A stretch of 64,000 bases of DNA from Roseibacillus sp. (GTDB lineage: Bacteria > Verrucomicrobiota > Verrucomicrobiia > Verrucomicrobiales > Akkermansiaceae): positions 96,001-160,000 of the forward strand of contig CBDEUM010000039.1 of NCBI GenBank assembly GCA_965242925.1. Direction: 5' to 3'. Within the stretch, counting starts at the first letter, position 1. Each line of letters opens with the position of its first letter. The notes under the pieces were generated by a model. That model ran no database searches, was not told where the DNA came from, and was given only the letters and a program-made list of their open reading frames with translations. This document shows positions 1 to 10,699 of the stretch, piece after piece. The translations under genes were made by a program, and so were the position numbers.

Positions 1-560
<560 letters not shown>

Positions 561-625
561 TGATCTAGTTTTGATGTCTTATAGCAAGACGACCTCTACC
601 TGCTGGCAGCAGGGTCATCAATGAA

Positions 626-1363
626 TTATATCTGAAAATCCTGCTGTCTCGAATCGAGATGCAGTCCGCACTCATACTTCTCTCCGTTGAAACGCGTCGA
701 CTCCTTTGACCCCTTGCTCCCGGGCCTGGTCGAATGCCAGTCCCCCATGGTGACATAGCCTGCCTCCACAAGAGGATGGCGGGGCAGCCCATGGTCCCGG
801 ATGAAGCATTCCACTTTCTCGTCATCCCAATCGATAATGGGGTAACCCTTCAACGTCCTTGATTGTTTTTCAGCGAATCCGCGTTGAGAACGCGCACTCG
901 ATTGCGAATGGCGCAAGCCGCTGATCCAGACATCCGCTCCCAATTCCTGGAGGGCGCGGTTCATGGGTTCGATCTTGTGGACCCGGGCGTAGTCCGTCAT
1001 CTCTTCCGGTCCCCCTTCCCATTGTTTACCATAGAGCGCCTCCTGCCGCGCAGCCGTCACGGCGGGGGAATAAATCTGAACTTTAAATCCCAGTTCCTCC
1101 TGCAGGTGGGCTGCATAGCGATAGGTTTCCGGAAAAAGATATCCGGTATCGATGAAGACAATCGGGATCCCTGGAGCACGGTCCTTGAGCAACTTCAGCA
1201 TCACTGCAGCCTGCAGACCGAAACTGGTGGTCGCCAGGATGCGGCCTGAGAATTGCTCCGCCAGAAACTCAATACGCTCTCCTGCCTCCAGCGACTGGAG
1301 TCGAGCATTAAGAGAGCCCACATCCTCCCTCGGATCCTGTTTCAAGTTCGTGTCCGTTTTCAT
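626..1363 (-). CDS. cysH: Phosphoadenylyl-sulfate (PAPS) reductase, type without Fe-S cluster
   Basis: TTSFG, IDTGYLFPETY, GLRHSQS, GYVTMGD and C-terminal ECGLH motifs; lies between cysI and cysK. Confidence 0.92.
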   Translation of the reverse strand: MKTDTNLKQDPREDVGSLNARLQSLEAGERIEFLAEQFSGRILATTSFGLQAAVMLKLLKDRAPGIPIVFIDTGYLFPETYRYAAHLQEELGFKVQIYSPAVTAARQEALYGKQWEGGPEEMTDYARVHKIEPMNRALQELGADVWISGLRHSQSSARSQRGFAEKQSRTLKGYPIIDWDDEKVECFIRDHGLPRHPLVEAGYVTMGDWHSTRPGSKGSKESTRFNGEKYECGLHLDSRQQDFQI

Positions 1364-1382
1364 CGTTCCGTCAGGGGATCAA

Positions 1383-3098
1383 TCATTCCGGGAGAACGAC
1401 GTCGCGATGAAAATCTAGCCCGTTGCTGGTGGACTTCACGTAGCACCGGCGGATGACGAAGTCGCCAAAGCGTTCGCCTTCCTCGCGATTCCCGGCATAG
1501 TCCTCGATCACCGGCTTGAGCAGGTCAAGAATCTCCTCACTTCTTACGCTGGCACGGTAGAGCTTGTTCAATCGTTGTCCAAAAAATCCACCGCCCAGGT
1601 AGACGTTGTACTTGCCGGGAGCCCGGCCCACGAAGGCGATCTCCGCGATGTAGGGCCGCGCACAGCCGTTCGGGCAACCGGTCATCCGGATCGTGATCGC
1701 ATCGTGACGCAGGCCACACTCCTCGATGACCTCTTCCAGTTCCGTGACAACGTCCGGCAGATGCCGTTCCGCTTCCGCCAACGCCAGTCCGCAGGTGGGC
1801 AGGGCCACACAGGCCAGCGAGTGAAGCCGCAGGGCGGTATGCCGCTCGTGCACGTCGAGCCTGTAATCCGCGATCAACCTCTCCACCTCGGAACGCTGCT
1901 CCTCGCTCACCCGGGCCACCACCAGGTTCTGGTTGCCGGTCAGGCGGAACTCCCCCTGCAGGATTTTCGCAATTTCCAGGAACCCGCTCCGCCACCGGCA
2001 GTCTTCATTGTCGCCAATCCGTCCCCCCGGCACATAGAAGGTGTAGTTGAAGGTGCCGTCCTGGTTCTCCGACCAGCCATAGCGATCGCCATTTTCAGTA
2101 AACTCGTAAGGACGCTCCTTCTCCAGTTCAAACCCCAGTCGCTCCTCCACCAGCCCGCGGAAGGCATCTACCCCGTGATCATCCAGGGTATACTTCAGGC
2201 GGGCATGCCTGCGGTCGATCCGATCCCCATGATCGCGCTGCACCAACATCACCTTCTCGGCCACCTCCACAACCTTGTCGGCGGGAACGAAACCTATCAC
2301 GTCCGCAACCCGCGGATAGGTCTTCTCCTTGCCGTGGCTCATTCCCATGCCCCCCCCCACCGCAACATTGAATCCCTCCAGACCATTTCCGCTGACAATC
2401 GCAATGAAGGAAAGATCGTTGGCGTAGACATCCACGTCGTTGTTGGGCGGTAGAGCCACCGCAATCTTGAACTTCCGGGGGAGATAATGCTTCCCGTAGA
2501 TCGGTTCCTCCTCATCCTTGCTCGACCTCACCTTTTCGCCATCGAGCCAGATCTCATGATAGGCCCCCGTGGATGGAGTCAGGTGGGTGCTGATAGCCCG
2601 GGCCGCCTCAAGCACTTCGGCGTGCAGGACAGAGGCATCGGGATTTGCGTTGCACATCACGTTGCGGTTCACATCCCCGCAGGCCGCGATGGTGTCCAGC
2701 GCAGTCTCGTTGATCTCCCTGACGGTGCGCTTCAGATTGCTCTTGATCACTCCATGCAGCTGAAAGGCTTGCCGGGTGGTCAATTTGATTGTGTCGTTGC
2801 CATACTCCGTAGCCAGCCGATCGATCTCCATCCACTGCTCCGGGGTGGAAACCCCACCCGGCACCCTGATGCGGATCATGAAAGAAAAGGCCTTCTCCAG
2901 TTTTTGTTTGCGCCGGGCGGATCGCAGATCCCGGTCGTCCTGCTGGTAGGATCCGTGGAACTTGATAAGTTGTTGATCGTCCGCCGAGAGGTCCCCGGTG
3001 GACGAATCCTGCAACCCTTCCGCGATGGTCCCGCGCAGATAGTTGCTGCGCTCCTTGATCCCCTCGTTGGCCGATGGTTTTCCGTCCTTCTTGCTCAT
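1383..3098 (-). CDS. cysI: Sulfite reductase hemoprotein (siroheme/[4Fe-4S]) subunit
   Basis: KFHGSYQQDDRD, TTRQAFQLHG, ACGDVNRN, LPRKFK, CVALPTCGLA and TGCPNGC ligand motifs. Start trimmed to MSKKDG at 3098 (ORF track begins at 3176). Confidence 0.93.
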   Translation of the reverse strand: MSKKDGKPSANEGIKERSNYLRGTIAEGLQDSSTGDLSADDQQLIKFHGSYQQDDRDLRSARRKQKLEKAFSFMIRIRVPGGVSTPEQWMEIDRLATEYGNDTIKLTTRQAFQLHGVIKSNLKRTVREINETALDTIAACGDVNRNVMCNANPDASVLHAEVLEAARAISTHLTPSTGAYHEIWLDGEKVRSSKDEEEPIYGKHYLPRKFKIAVALPPNNDVDVYANDLSFIAIVSGNGLEGFNVAVGGGMGMSHGKEKTYPRVADVIGFVPADKVVEVAEKVMLVQRDHGDRIDRRHARLKYTLDDHGVDAFRGLVEERLGFELEKERPYEFTENGDRYGWSENQDGTFNYTFYVPGGRIGDNEDCRWRSGFLEIAKILQGEFRLTGNQNLVVARVSEEQRSEVERLIADYRLDVHERHTALRLHSLACVALPTCGLALAEAERHLPDVVTELEEVIEECGLRHDAITIRMTGCPNGCARPYIAEIAFVGRAPGKYNVYLGGGFFGQRLNKLYRASVRSEEILDLLKPVIEDYAGNREEGERFGDFVIRRCYVKSTSNGLDFHRDVVLPE

Positions 3099-3196
3099 GC
3101 CTATTCTGAAATGGGGCCTTGGTAGACGTCCCGTTGCTCCCCCCAACCTATCTTGAGAGGGCTCCACGCTGCGCATCGTCGAAGGCGATGTGCCCG

Positions 3197-3227
3197 ACGA
3201 TACTAATCATTAGTAACTTGATCAAGT
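3197..3227 (-). promoter_or_regulatory. Putative sigma70-type promoter of the cysIHK operon overlapped by two palindromes (candidate operator)
   Basis: Minus strand TTGATC-N17-TATCGT (plus-strand 3220-3225 and 3197-3202); inverted repeats TACTAAT-C-ATTAGTA (3201-3215) and ACTTGATCAAGT (3216-3227) in an AT-rich island. Confidence 0.55.
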
Positions 3228-3392
3228 AAGTTATGTTAATAAGTGTCGGGTATTTTAGCCCGAATGCAATCTGAAAGAGACTATTTCTTGCCTCTCTTCC
3301 GGGATGAAGTGGATCAGAATCCCACAAAATCTCGCTCTCATCTCTCCGGAACTGGAACGGCCGTTCCCTCTCTTCGCTCCGGATGGGGAGGG

Positions 3393-3800
3393 CTATTTCC
3401 AGCGCCAGGTCAGGAGCACTTCAATCTCAGGGTGGATACTGTGATGAACCGGACAGCTCAGAGCGGCAGCGTGAAGGGCCTCGCGTCCAGGGTGATCCTC
3501 GGGAATCGGCATATCGACTTCCACTTCCAGCTTGGAGATCCGGCGGGGGGAATCCTCAGACATGTGCTTGCGCACGCCAAGTTTCATGCCTTCGAGGGAA
3601 ATCTCCCTCTGCCGGGCCACAATCCCCATCACGGTGGCCATGCAGGTTCCGAGAGAAGTGGCCACCAGGTCGGTGGGAGAAAAGGTCTCTCCGCGTCCAT
3701 TGTTGTCCACTGGAGCGTCGGTGGCGAGAGAATCGCCAGAGGGACCATGAGTGGCTGAGCAACGGAGTTGGCCCTGGTAGTCGATGCTGATCTCTATCAT
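3393..3800 (-). CDS. OsmC/Ohr family protein
   Basis: TDAP...G.G..FSPTDL...LGTC and second Cys in CPVHHS; start overlaps the kinase stop (ATGA). Confidence 0.88.
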   Translation of the reverse strand: MIEISIDYQGQLRCSATHGPSGDSLATDAPVDNNGRGETFSPTDLVATSLGTCMATVMGIVARQREISLEGMKLGVRKHMSEDSPRRISKLEVEVDMPIPEDHPGREALHAAALSCPVHHSIHPEIEVLLTWRWK

Positions 3801-6565
3801 TTCTCAGGCGCGTCTTCCGGCGCGATCTCGTTTTCGTTCTCTTTTTCGGCAATGACCGGAACCTTGGCAAGGACAACCCGGAAACCGTAGAGACCGGAAG
3901 TATCGGCATTGCCCCCGCCCAGGGAGGGTTTGCGTACGGGTCGTCGCACCGAGGCCTTGAGGTGATTGTCCACGAAGCTCTTCCAGCAGGCCCCCCGCGC
4001 GACGTCATACTCGCCGAAGGAACTGTAATCACTCCCCACCCACTCCAGCACGTTACCCCCGAGATCATACATCATGTGATCACCCAGCAGCCGGCCAGCA
4101 TAGCTGCCCACCGATGACGTGTAGGCCACTCCATCATCGTAGTCCGCAATATGTTCGCCGGCCTCCACGACATCGGCACCCACCAGACTCAAGTCCGCAA
4201 AGTTTCCACTGCGCTCCGACGGCGGCATCTTCGCTCCCCAGAAGAACCTGTCAGCTCGGCCATGCTTCTCCATCGGCCACACCCCGATTTCACCATCCAG
4301 ACCCACGAAGATACTCCACTCCACATCGGTGGGCAGACGATAGTGGTGTCCCACTCCGATCTCACCCTTCTTGCGCTCGTAATAGGTGAGCCACAGGCAA
4401 AACAACTCCGCATCCTCCCGCGTGACATTCACCACCGGATGGTCGGGACCACGGGCCTGCGGATCCTCCCGCGCAAATTCCGGTTGCACCGAAGGGAGAA
4501 CCTTGTCCTTCTGCTGGCTGACGAATCGGGCATAATCCGCCGCTGCGGTCTTGTCATTCCGCTTGGGCACAGGGAGCTTTTCCGCCATGCTTCTGATGAA
4601 AAGGTCATAATCACGCTGTCGGGTTTCCCAGATGCTGGCCAGCAGTTCCAGATCCTCCCGGACGGGTATCAACTGCATGGCCAGGCTGTTTTCGAGTGGT
4701 TCACGCGGATAGGCAAAGAGGTTCTCACGCTGAAGGGGAATGACCATGCCCTCCAGGATCTGGTCCGTGCGCAGATAGAGGGGTTGCTCGTGTCGCCGGA
4801 ACATGGGCAATTCCACGATCAGTTTGAGTTCCCCCTGCCCTTTTGGATTCAGCTCCACCCGCGCTCCCCGCTTTTCCTCGCCTGTTCCTTCGAGAGGAGT
4901 CTGACCCAGGGCCTGCGAGTAGACCTGCCCCTTGTGTGTCCGCTGGATGTACACTTCGGCCCCGGCAGGTCTGCTGGTCAGTTTGAGATAGGCATAGGCC
5001 GTCGTACGCACCATCGCGTAAAAGGGATGGATCTTCCGTTTCTGGGGATCTTCCGGACTGAGCCCGGGAATGAGCCGGTTGTAGTCCAGCTTGAACTCAA
5101 GCCACTGATCTTCTTCCAGGTGAGTCTCCCGGCACTGTTTCTCCAGCCACTTGACGTACTCCCGAGCCCCTTTCTCATTGACCAGGACAACCTCGTTCTC
5201 GATCCCGTTCTCGGTCAGGGTCCTCACCAGTCCCACCTTCCGATCGGTCTCCTGCCGGTAGTAATCCCAGGCCTCCGCGGTCACGTAATACTGGCTGATA
5301 TGATAGTCCTCCTCGGGCTGGTAACGCGTCCCGAAGACATCCACCCAGGGCTCAAGCTCAAGGGGCGGGTTGAATTCCACCAGAGACGGTCCGATTACCG
5401 CCCCCTTCTCGCCAACCTTCTCCGTCACGGTCTGCTCCCGATAACCTTTCAGTTTGAGCGTGAAGGTCACGGTACTCCCCTCGGGATAATCGATCGGATC
5501 CAGAGGCGTGAGCCCCAGGGACTCCCCCTCCTCGCTGTAAACCACTGCCCCCGGGGGATCGCTGAGGATGGTCACACCCCGCATCTGCAATGGCGGCGGC
5601 TCCAGGGCCTCCGCACTGGAGGGGATCTCAAGCGGCTTGAGGGCAATCAGCTGAGCTGCCGTAGCCATACCAATCACGGCGGCGAGCACGCCAGCCACTA
5701 CGCCAGCCCGCACGCGAATGGGCCGCGGTTGACCCTGCTCCAGACGGTGCAGTTCACGGGCCAGTTCCCCCGCCGATCTGATTTTCCGCCGCGAAATCTT
5801 CGGCTCGCAAATATCGCAAATGGTCAGGTTGAGTGCGCGCCAGCGTTTGAGCTTGGAACCCTTCGGCAGATGGTCAGGCAATTCCGGAAAATCAAGACGA
5901 TCCTTCCCGGTCGCCATTTCATAAAGCACCTTACCGAGGCTGTAGACATCGGCCTGGGCCGAACCTGGTCCTTCCGGGGGCACGAATCCTTCCGTACCCA
6001 CGAACGTCTGCTGACCCCGCAGAGCCACCAGCCCGATATCAGCCAACTTGGCCTTCCCGTCGACGAAGATGACATTGGAGGGCTTCACGTCGCGGTGGGC
6101 CAGTCCATGCTCATGGAGATGTTCCAGAGCCTCCGCCAGGGTTCGCCCGCAGGTGATGCAGTCCTCCACTCCAATCGCATCGCCTTCCGCCTCCCTCATG
6201 TCGCTGCGCAGGGTACGCGGCTCATACTCCACGGGATTGAGGTTCCGCCCCATCGTGATGTCATCGCCCAGCTCCATCACGTAATAGTAAAAGGGTTCGT
6301 CCTCCACCTCGGCACGTCCCACGTGCAGGATGTTTACCAGTCCCGGGTGATCCCGGGAGATGGGCTCGTATTTCAGAATCCCCTCGAATTCGCGCTCAAA
6401 TCCCCGTTCATCCTCAAAATCGTTATGCCAGACAGTCTTCACTGCCCGCAGCGCACCAGTCACCCCGCGAGCGAGCCACACCTCACCGTAGGAGCCGCCG
6501 CCGATCTTCCTCAGAACCTCATGATCTGGGATCGTCGGTTCCGGGCGAACCTTATTGTTTTGCAT
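3797..6565 (-). CDS. Membrane Ser/Thr protein kinase with PEGA-like and FGE-sulfatase (SUMF1)-like extracytoplasmic domains
   Basis: GGGSYGEV, AVK, HRDVKPSN, DIG, PPE, DVYSLG; one TM (VVAGVLAAVIGMATAAQLIAL); PEGA-like SDPPGAVV and SRPAGAEV; FGE-like HPVVNVT, YRLPTDVEW, YDLGGNVLEW, GFRVVL. Confidence 0.9.
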   Translation of the reverse strand: MQNNKVRPEPTIPDHEVLRKIGGGSYGEVWLARGVTGALRAVKTVWHNDFEDERGFEREFEGILKYEPISRDHPGLVNILHVGRAEVEDEPFYYYVMELGDDITMGRNLNPVEYEPRTLRSDMREAEGDAIGVEDCITCGRTLAEALEHLHEHGLAHRDVKPSNVIFVDGKAKLADIGLVALRGQQTFVGTEGFVPPEGPGSAQADVYSLGKVLYEMATGKDRLDFPELPDHLPKGSKLKRWRALNLTICDICEPKISRRKIRSAGELARELHRLEQGQPRPIRVRAGVVAGVLAAVIGMATAAQLIALKPLEIPSSAEALEPPPLQMRGVTILSDPPGAVVYSEEGESLGLTPLDPIDYPEGSTVTFTLKLKGYREQTVTEKVGEKGAVIGPSLVEFNPPLELEPWVDVFGTRYQPEEDYHISQYYVTAEAWDYYRQETDRKVGLVRTLTENGIENEVVLVNEKGAREYVKWLEKQCRETHLEEDQWLEFKLDYNRLIPGLSPEDPQKRKIHPFYAMVRTTAYAYLKLTSRPAGAEVYIQRTHKGQVYSQALGQTPLEGTGEEKRGARVELNPKGQGELKLIVELPMFRRHEQPLYLRTDQILEGMVIPLQRENLFAYPREPLENSLAMQLIPVREDLELLASIWETRQRDYDLFIRSMAEKLPVPKRNDKTAAADYARFVSQQKDKVLPSVQPEFAREDPQARGPDHPVVNVTREDAELFCLWLTYYERKKGEIGVGHHYRLPTDVEWSIFVGLDGEIGVWPMEKHGRADRFFWGAKMPPSERSGNFADLSLVGADVVEAGEHIADYDDGVAYTSSVGSYAGRLLGDHMMYDLGGNVLEWVGSDYSSFGEYDVARGACWKSFVDNHLKASVRRPVRKPSLGGGNADTSGLYGFRVVLAKVPVIAEKENENEIAPEDAPEK

Positions 6566-7235
6566 GCTTTTCGAATTTGGCCAGCTCCCGCTTCAGCACA
6601 GCGCCCACCCGGTGCTTGGCAAGATAGACTTGAGCCATGCTGACGCCAAGGTGCGCCTGCACCTTCTTGGCTTCCCACTGTTTCACGACGTAGTAATCAA
6701 AAATCTGGTATTGCTTCGGTGAAACCTGGGCCTTGACCCGCGCGAGCGCCGCATCCACCAGATTTTTCTTCCACTCCACATCCCACATACGCTCCAGAAG
6801 GTCCCCCTTGGGATCTTCAAACCGGTCAATCACCGCGGTCTTGCGGTCATTATCCCATTCGCCCCCCGCCATCGCAGTGTCCTTCTTGCGCTTGCGGAAC
6901 TGGTCGTTGATCCGCCAGCGCGTCATGTTCATGAGCCATGTCTTGAAGGAACCCTGCCCCGGATCGTAAAGGCGCTTCTTGCTCTGCTTGGCAATCGAGA
7001 GGATTGTTTCCTGGACCACGTCGAAGGCTTCGTCAGAACGCAGACCGGCCTTCAACCCCACCGAGTAGATGAGCCGCCAGTAAGTCTGGTAAAACTCGTC
7101 CCAGGTTCTTTGGTCATCCCAGTTCTCCAGGCGAGCAATGAGACTTTTGCGAGTCCTTGCATAGGCTTTCTCAATACCCTTCTTCCGCGTATCGGCTGCG
7201 GCCTCGACATCTTTTCGCTGGATCTCTTCGGGCAT
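6552..7235 (-). CDS. ECF-type RNA polymerase sigma factor
   Basis: TRKSLIARL..WDEFYQTY, EAFDVVQET, GSFKTWL..RWRIND (sigma2) and C-terminal HTH VSMAQVYLAKHRV (sigma4). Overlaps the kinase start by 14 bp; start trimmed to MPEEIQ. Confidence 0.9.
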   Translation of the reverse strand: MPEEIQRKDVEAAADTRKKGIEKAYARTRKSLIARLENWDDQRTWDEFYQTYWRLIYSVGLKAGLRSDEAFDVVQETILSIAKQSKKRLYDPGQGSFKTWLMNMTRWRINDQFRKRKKDTAMAGGEWDNDRKTAVIDRFEDPKGDLLERMWDVEWKKNLVDAALARVKAQVSPKQYQIFDYYVVKQWEAKKVQAHLGVSMAQVYLAKHRVGAVLKRELAKFEKHAKQ

Positions 7236-7513
7236 TAAATGAAATGGGTTCCTACTATAAAGCGCCAGAGAGGTCGCTGGCGACCTCAGATTTATTGTCA
7301 CAGCCTAAATTTCATAGAGCTCAAACTTTCCTTAATCTCATTGCGTGCACCCGCGGTCCCAGGATCTGGTCCGAGTTTCTCTTACCCATTCCGGGTATTC
7401 ACGGTCTCCGCTCCCGTCGGACCTCCTCTCTTCCTCTCTCGAATCGAGGCATGGAGTTACAAAAAGAATTGCCCCCTCCGCTCCGTATCCCTAAGCGTCT
7501 AGTAACCATAGTC

Positions 7514-8527
7514 ATGAACACCGAATCCTCTCCAGATTGCACCTCCGACGGCACCTCCTCCACCAGTCGCCGTACCTTCCTCCGCACTTCCACCGGTGCC
7601 GCCGCCGGAATTGGGGCTGCCGGTTTTGTCCCTGCCCTCGCCGCCAGGAAGAAAGAGGCCAAGGGCACTCCCGAAACCCTGGTGAAGACCTTTTACGACA
7701 CCCTGAGTGAAGAGCAGCAGAAGGTAATGTGTTTCCCCTTCGATCACAAGCTGCGCCTCAAGGTGGACAACAACTGGCAGATCACCAAGGCCAAGGTGGA
7801 GAGCTTCACCAAGGACCAGCAAGCCATGATCAAGGATATCTTCATGGGAATCCACAGCGAGGAGTATGCCGAGAAAGTCTTTGACCAGGTCGAGTGGGAC
7901 AGCGGAATCGACGGCTTCGAGGGAGGCTCCTCGATCGGCATCTTCGGCAAGCCCGGAACCGGCAAGTTTGAGTTTGTCCTGACCGGCCGCCACTGCACCC
8001 GCCGCTGCGACGGTGACTCGGTGGAAGGCGCCGCCTTCGGGGGGCCCATCTTCTACGGCCACGCCGGCAAGGGCTTCAACGAAGGTCCCAAGCACGAAGA
8101 AAATGCCTACTGGTACCAGGCCGTCACCGCCAACGAGGTCTACCAGATGCTCGATGGCAAACAGCGCAAGACCGCCCTGCTCGGCAAGAGTCGGGGCGAA
8201 AAGGGCAACAAGACGGTCGCGTTAACCGGCAAGAAGACCGGCCTGGAGGGAATCCGGGCAGGGGACCTCAGCGCGGACCAGAAGGATCACCTCATGAAGG
8301 TGGTGGGGGATCTCCTTGCTCCCTTCCGCAAGCAGGACTCCCAGGAAGCCCTCAAATACATCAAGGCGGGCGGAGTCGACAACCTGCACCTCGCCTTCTA
8401 CAAGGACGAGAATATCGGCAAGGATGAGGTCTGGGATGTCTGGCAACTGGAGGGGCCGAATATGATCTCCTACTTCCGTGGCAAACCCCACGTCCACGCC
8501 TGGCTGCACGTCCGCAAGCCCGCCTGA
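7514..8527 (+). CDS. Tat-exported DUF3500-like protein
   Basis: Twin-arginine signal SRRTFLRT; IFGKPG..F.F..TGRH.T.R and C-terminal PHVHAW resemble DUF3500. Start trimmed to MNTESS. Confidence 0.7.
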   Translation: MNTESSPDCTSDGTSSTSRRTFLRTSTGAAAGIGAAGFVPALAARKKEAKGTPETLVKTFYDTLSEEQQKVMCFPFDHKLRLKVDNNWQITKAKVESFTKDQQAMIKDIFMGIHSEEYAEKVFDQVEWDSGIDGFEGGSSIGIFGKPGTGKFEFVLTGRHCTRRCDGDSVEGAAFGGPIFYGHAGKGFNEGPKHEENAYWYQAVTANEVYQMLDGKQRKTALLGKSRGEKGNKTVALTGKKTGLEGIRAGDLSADQKDHLMKVVGDLLAPFRKQDSQEALKYIKAGGVDNLHLAFYKDENIGKDEVWDVWQLEGPNMISYFRGKPHVHAWLHVRKPA

Positions 8528-8556
8528 GAATGCAGCGGGTTTCATAAGGGCCGGCC

Positions 8557-9069
8557 TTACAGGCCCGCTGCCTTCCACTCCTTCCAACCGCCCTTGTAGA
8601 CAGCGGTCGAGTAGCCGAGTCCGGACAACTCGTCCGCCATGCGGAGGCCATCGGGACATTGCTCGTTGGTGCAATAGAGCACGACGACCCTGCCGCCTTC
8701 CAGAGCGGCATCAAATTGCGACTGGAGGCCGGGAAACTCTGAGTCGAATTTCTTCAGCGGCAGGCTGATTGCGCCGGGAATATGCCCCAGCTTGAAAAAG
8801 AATGCCGGGCGAACATCAACCAGGAAGACCCGCCCTTCTTCCCGCAGCTGGAACAAGCTGCCGATATCCACCTGACTGATCTTCCCTTTTCTTCCGGGCT
8901 CCTCCCCCTGCACTACCCTGGGCCGAGCAGGTTCCTCATCCTGTCCCGGCAGCGTCCCCGGCAGCAGGATTTCCTCTTCATGAGTGATCCCGATGCACGA
9001 TACCAGCAGCGCAGCCACCACCAGCACAGGCATATGAAGCCAGATTCTGGTAATCATGGTCCTCTTCAT
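8557..9069 (-). CDS. Rhodanese-like domain (lipo)protein
   Basis: Lipobox-like LLVSC; VDVRP..F..GHIPGAISLP, loop LYCTNEQC, YKGGWKEW. Confidence 0.85.
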   Translation of the reverse strand: MKRTMITRIWLHMPVLVVAALLVSCIGITHEEEILLPGTLPGQDEEPARPRVVQGEEPGRKGKISQVDIGSLFQLREEGRVFLVDVRPAFFFKLGHIPGAISLPLKKFDSEFPGLQSQFDAALEGGRVVVLYCTNEQCPDGLRMADELSGLGYSTAVYKGGWKEWKAAGL

Positions 9070-9185
9070 TAAATCAGTTCAATACCACCCTGGATCTTCC
9101 CGGGGTCCTGCCAGAAAATATCCCGGAACATCATCTCGTCCGGGCTCATGCAGCAATCGGGCGCAAAAAAACAGCCTGCCTTTCC

Positions 9186-10472
9186 CTACTTTGCCCCGAA
9201 GCAGTAGAGATTACGACGCCCCCGGATAAAAAGGTGGCTCCCGATCGCAACCGGCGAGGCATAGAGATTGTCCTCCAGCTTATTTTCCGTGAGGCCGGTC
9301 AACCCCTTGCCTTCCACGTTCCCGCAATAGACGACCCCATCCACCCGGGCAAGATAGAGCTTGTTGCCAGCCAGGAGAGGCGAAGCATAGAATTTCTGCG
9401 CCGCCTTGGGCAGTTGCTCCTCCCAGATCGTCTTCCCGTTCGCCGCATCGAGGCAGGAAACCAGCCCACGGGGCTTTTCCGAGTCATTGAGCACGATAAA
9501 GGTTCCCGTGCCCTCGTCCGCAACCGGGGAAACCGCATCCGCACCGATGCCCTCCCGCTTCCACTCCCAGGCATCCTTGGTGATGTCTCCCGTTCCCCCT
9601 ACCCGAATTCCACCGGTTAACTTCCCGCGGGCGTAGGACACGGCCACGATCCCCTTGGCCGAGGCCGGAGAGGCGATCACGCGCCAGAACTTGTTCTTCC
9701 CCGGGTTGAATCCCCCGCAGGTCCAGAGCAGTTTGCCGTTTGACGGATCGTGTCCGGTCAAGTGGTCTGCTCCCCAGGTCACGAGGGTCTCCTGCCCGTC
9801 GATCTCCATCACCAGGGGTGTGGTGTAGGAGTCCCCCGATTCCGGACCCACCTCAAAGTTGCGCTCAACCTTCCAGGCCACCTTGCCCGTATTCTTCTTG
9901 AGACCGATCATGTAGGATCCCCCCTCGGTCTGCATGACTGCCACCACGAGGAACCCCCCCGCGATCACCGGGGAAGTGCCCTCGTCCCACCACAGGGTGT
10001 CCCTGCCATACTTGTCCTGCAGGTTGAACTCCCACACCTTCTTGCCTCCCATCGTAAGGGCCGCCACCCGCCCCGACTTGAAATAGGCAAAGATCCCCCG
10101 TCCATCCGTCACGATCGAGGAATTGGCTCCCGTTCCCTTCTGCTTGTTATCCCCCTTGCCCGGGGTCTCACTGCCAAAGGTGGTCCGCCAAAGCTCCTTG
10201 CCGGACAGGCTGTAGGCTACCACGGCGTCATTCCCATCGATCCCACAGGTCACCAGGATCCTGTCGTTGCTGATGATTGGGGTTGAATTACCAGGGCCCG
10301 GGAGATGGACCTTCCAGAGAAGATTCTCCTTCTCGGAAAACTTGGAGACGGTCGTGGCCTCGGGAGCAACCCCGCTTCCATGCGTGTCCCCCCGCCAGCT
10401 TTTCCATTCCTTGGCCTGCACGGACAGGCTTGCTGCCATGATTGCTGCGGTAATAAGGGTCCGGGTGTTCAT
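9186..10472 (-). CDS. Secreted PQQ-binding-like (BamB-like) beta-propeller protein
   Basis: Signal peptide, W..WRG, repeated G...W blade motifs, ASP motifs, terminal LYCFG. Confidence 0.85.
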   Translation of the reverse strand: MNTRTLITAAIMAASLSVQAKEWKSWRGDTHGSGVAPEATTVSKFSEKENLLWKVHLPGPGNSTPIISNDRILVTCGIDGNDAVVAYSLSGKELWRTTFGSETPGKGDNKQKGTGANSSIVTDGRGIFAYFKSGRVAALTMGGKKVWEFNLQDKYGRDTLWWDEGTSPVIAGGFLVVAVMQTEGGSYMIGLKKNTGKVAWKVERNFEVGPESGDSYTTPLVMEIDGQETLVTWGADHLTGHDPSNGKLLWTCGGFNPGKNKFWRVIASPASAKGIVAVSYARGKLTGGIRVGGTGDITKDAWEWKREGIGADAVSPVADEGTGTFIVLNDSEKPRGLVSCLDAANGKTIWEEQLPKAAQKFYASPLLAGNKLYLARVDGVVYCGNVEGKGLTGLTENKLEDNLYASPVAIGSHLFIRGRRNLYCFGAK

Positions 10473-10699
10473 GAATGAATTCTACGCAGGCCAGTGTGCC
10501 GTCTCCCCACAACATGTAAAGACCGCGCAGGCAGAAGGAGTGGATCATCCCTTCGTGTGTCGGGTTCCCCGCCTTTCTACCCGGTCTCTGGTCCTCCCCT
10601 TCTGACCCTGCTTGAGAATCGGATCGCATTTGGAAATTGGCTTGTGGGGTAATCACCGCAAACTTCCTCATCCAACCTCACCAACCGACTGCCCTCCTG

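Noticed and set aside
4151..6643. 830-aa plus-strand ORF
   Set aside because: Antisense shadow of the Ser/Thr kinase; no motifs, and long shadow ORFs are expected at high GC.
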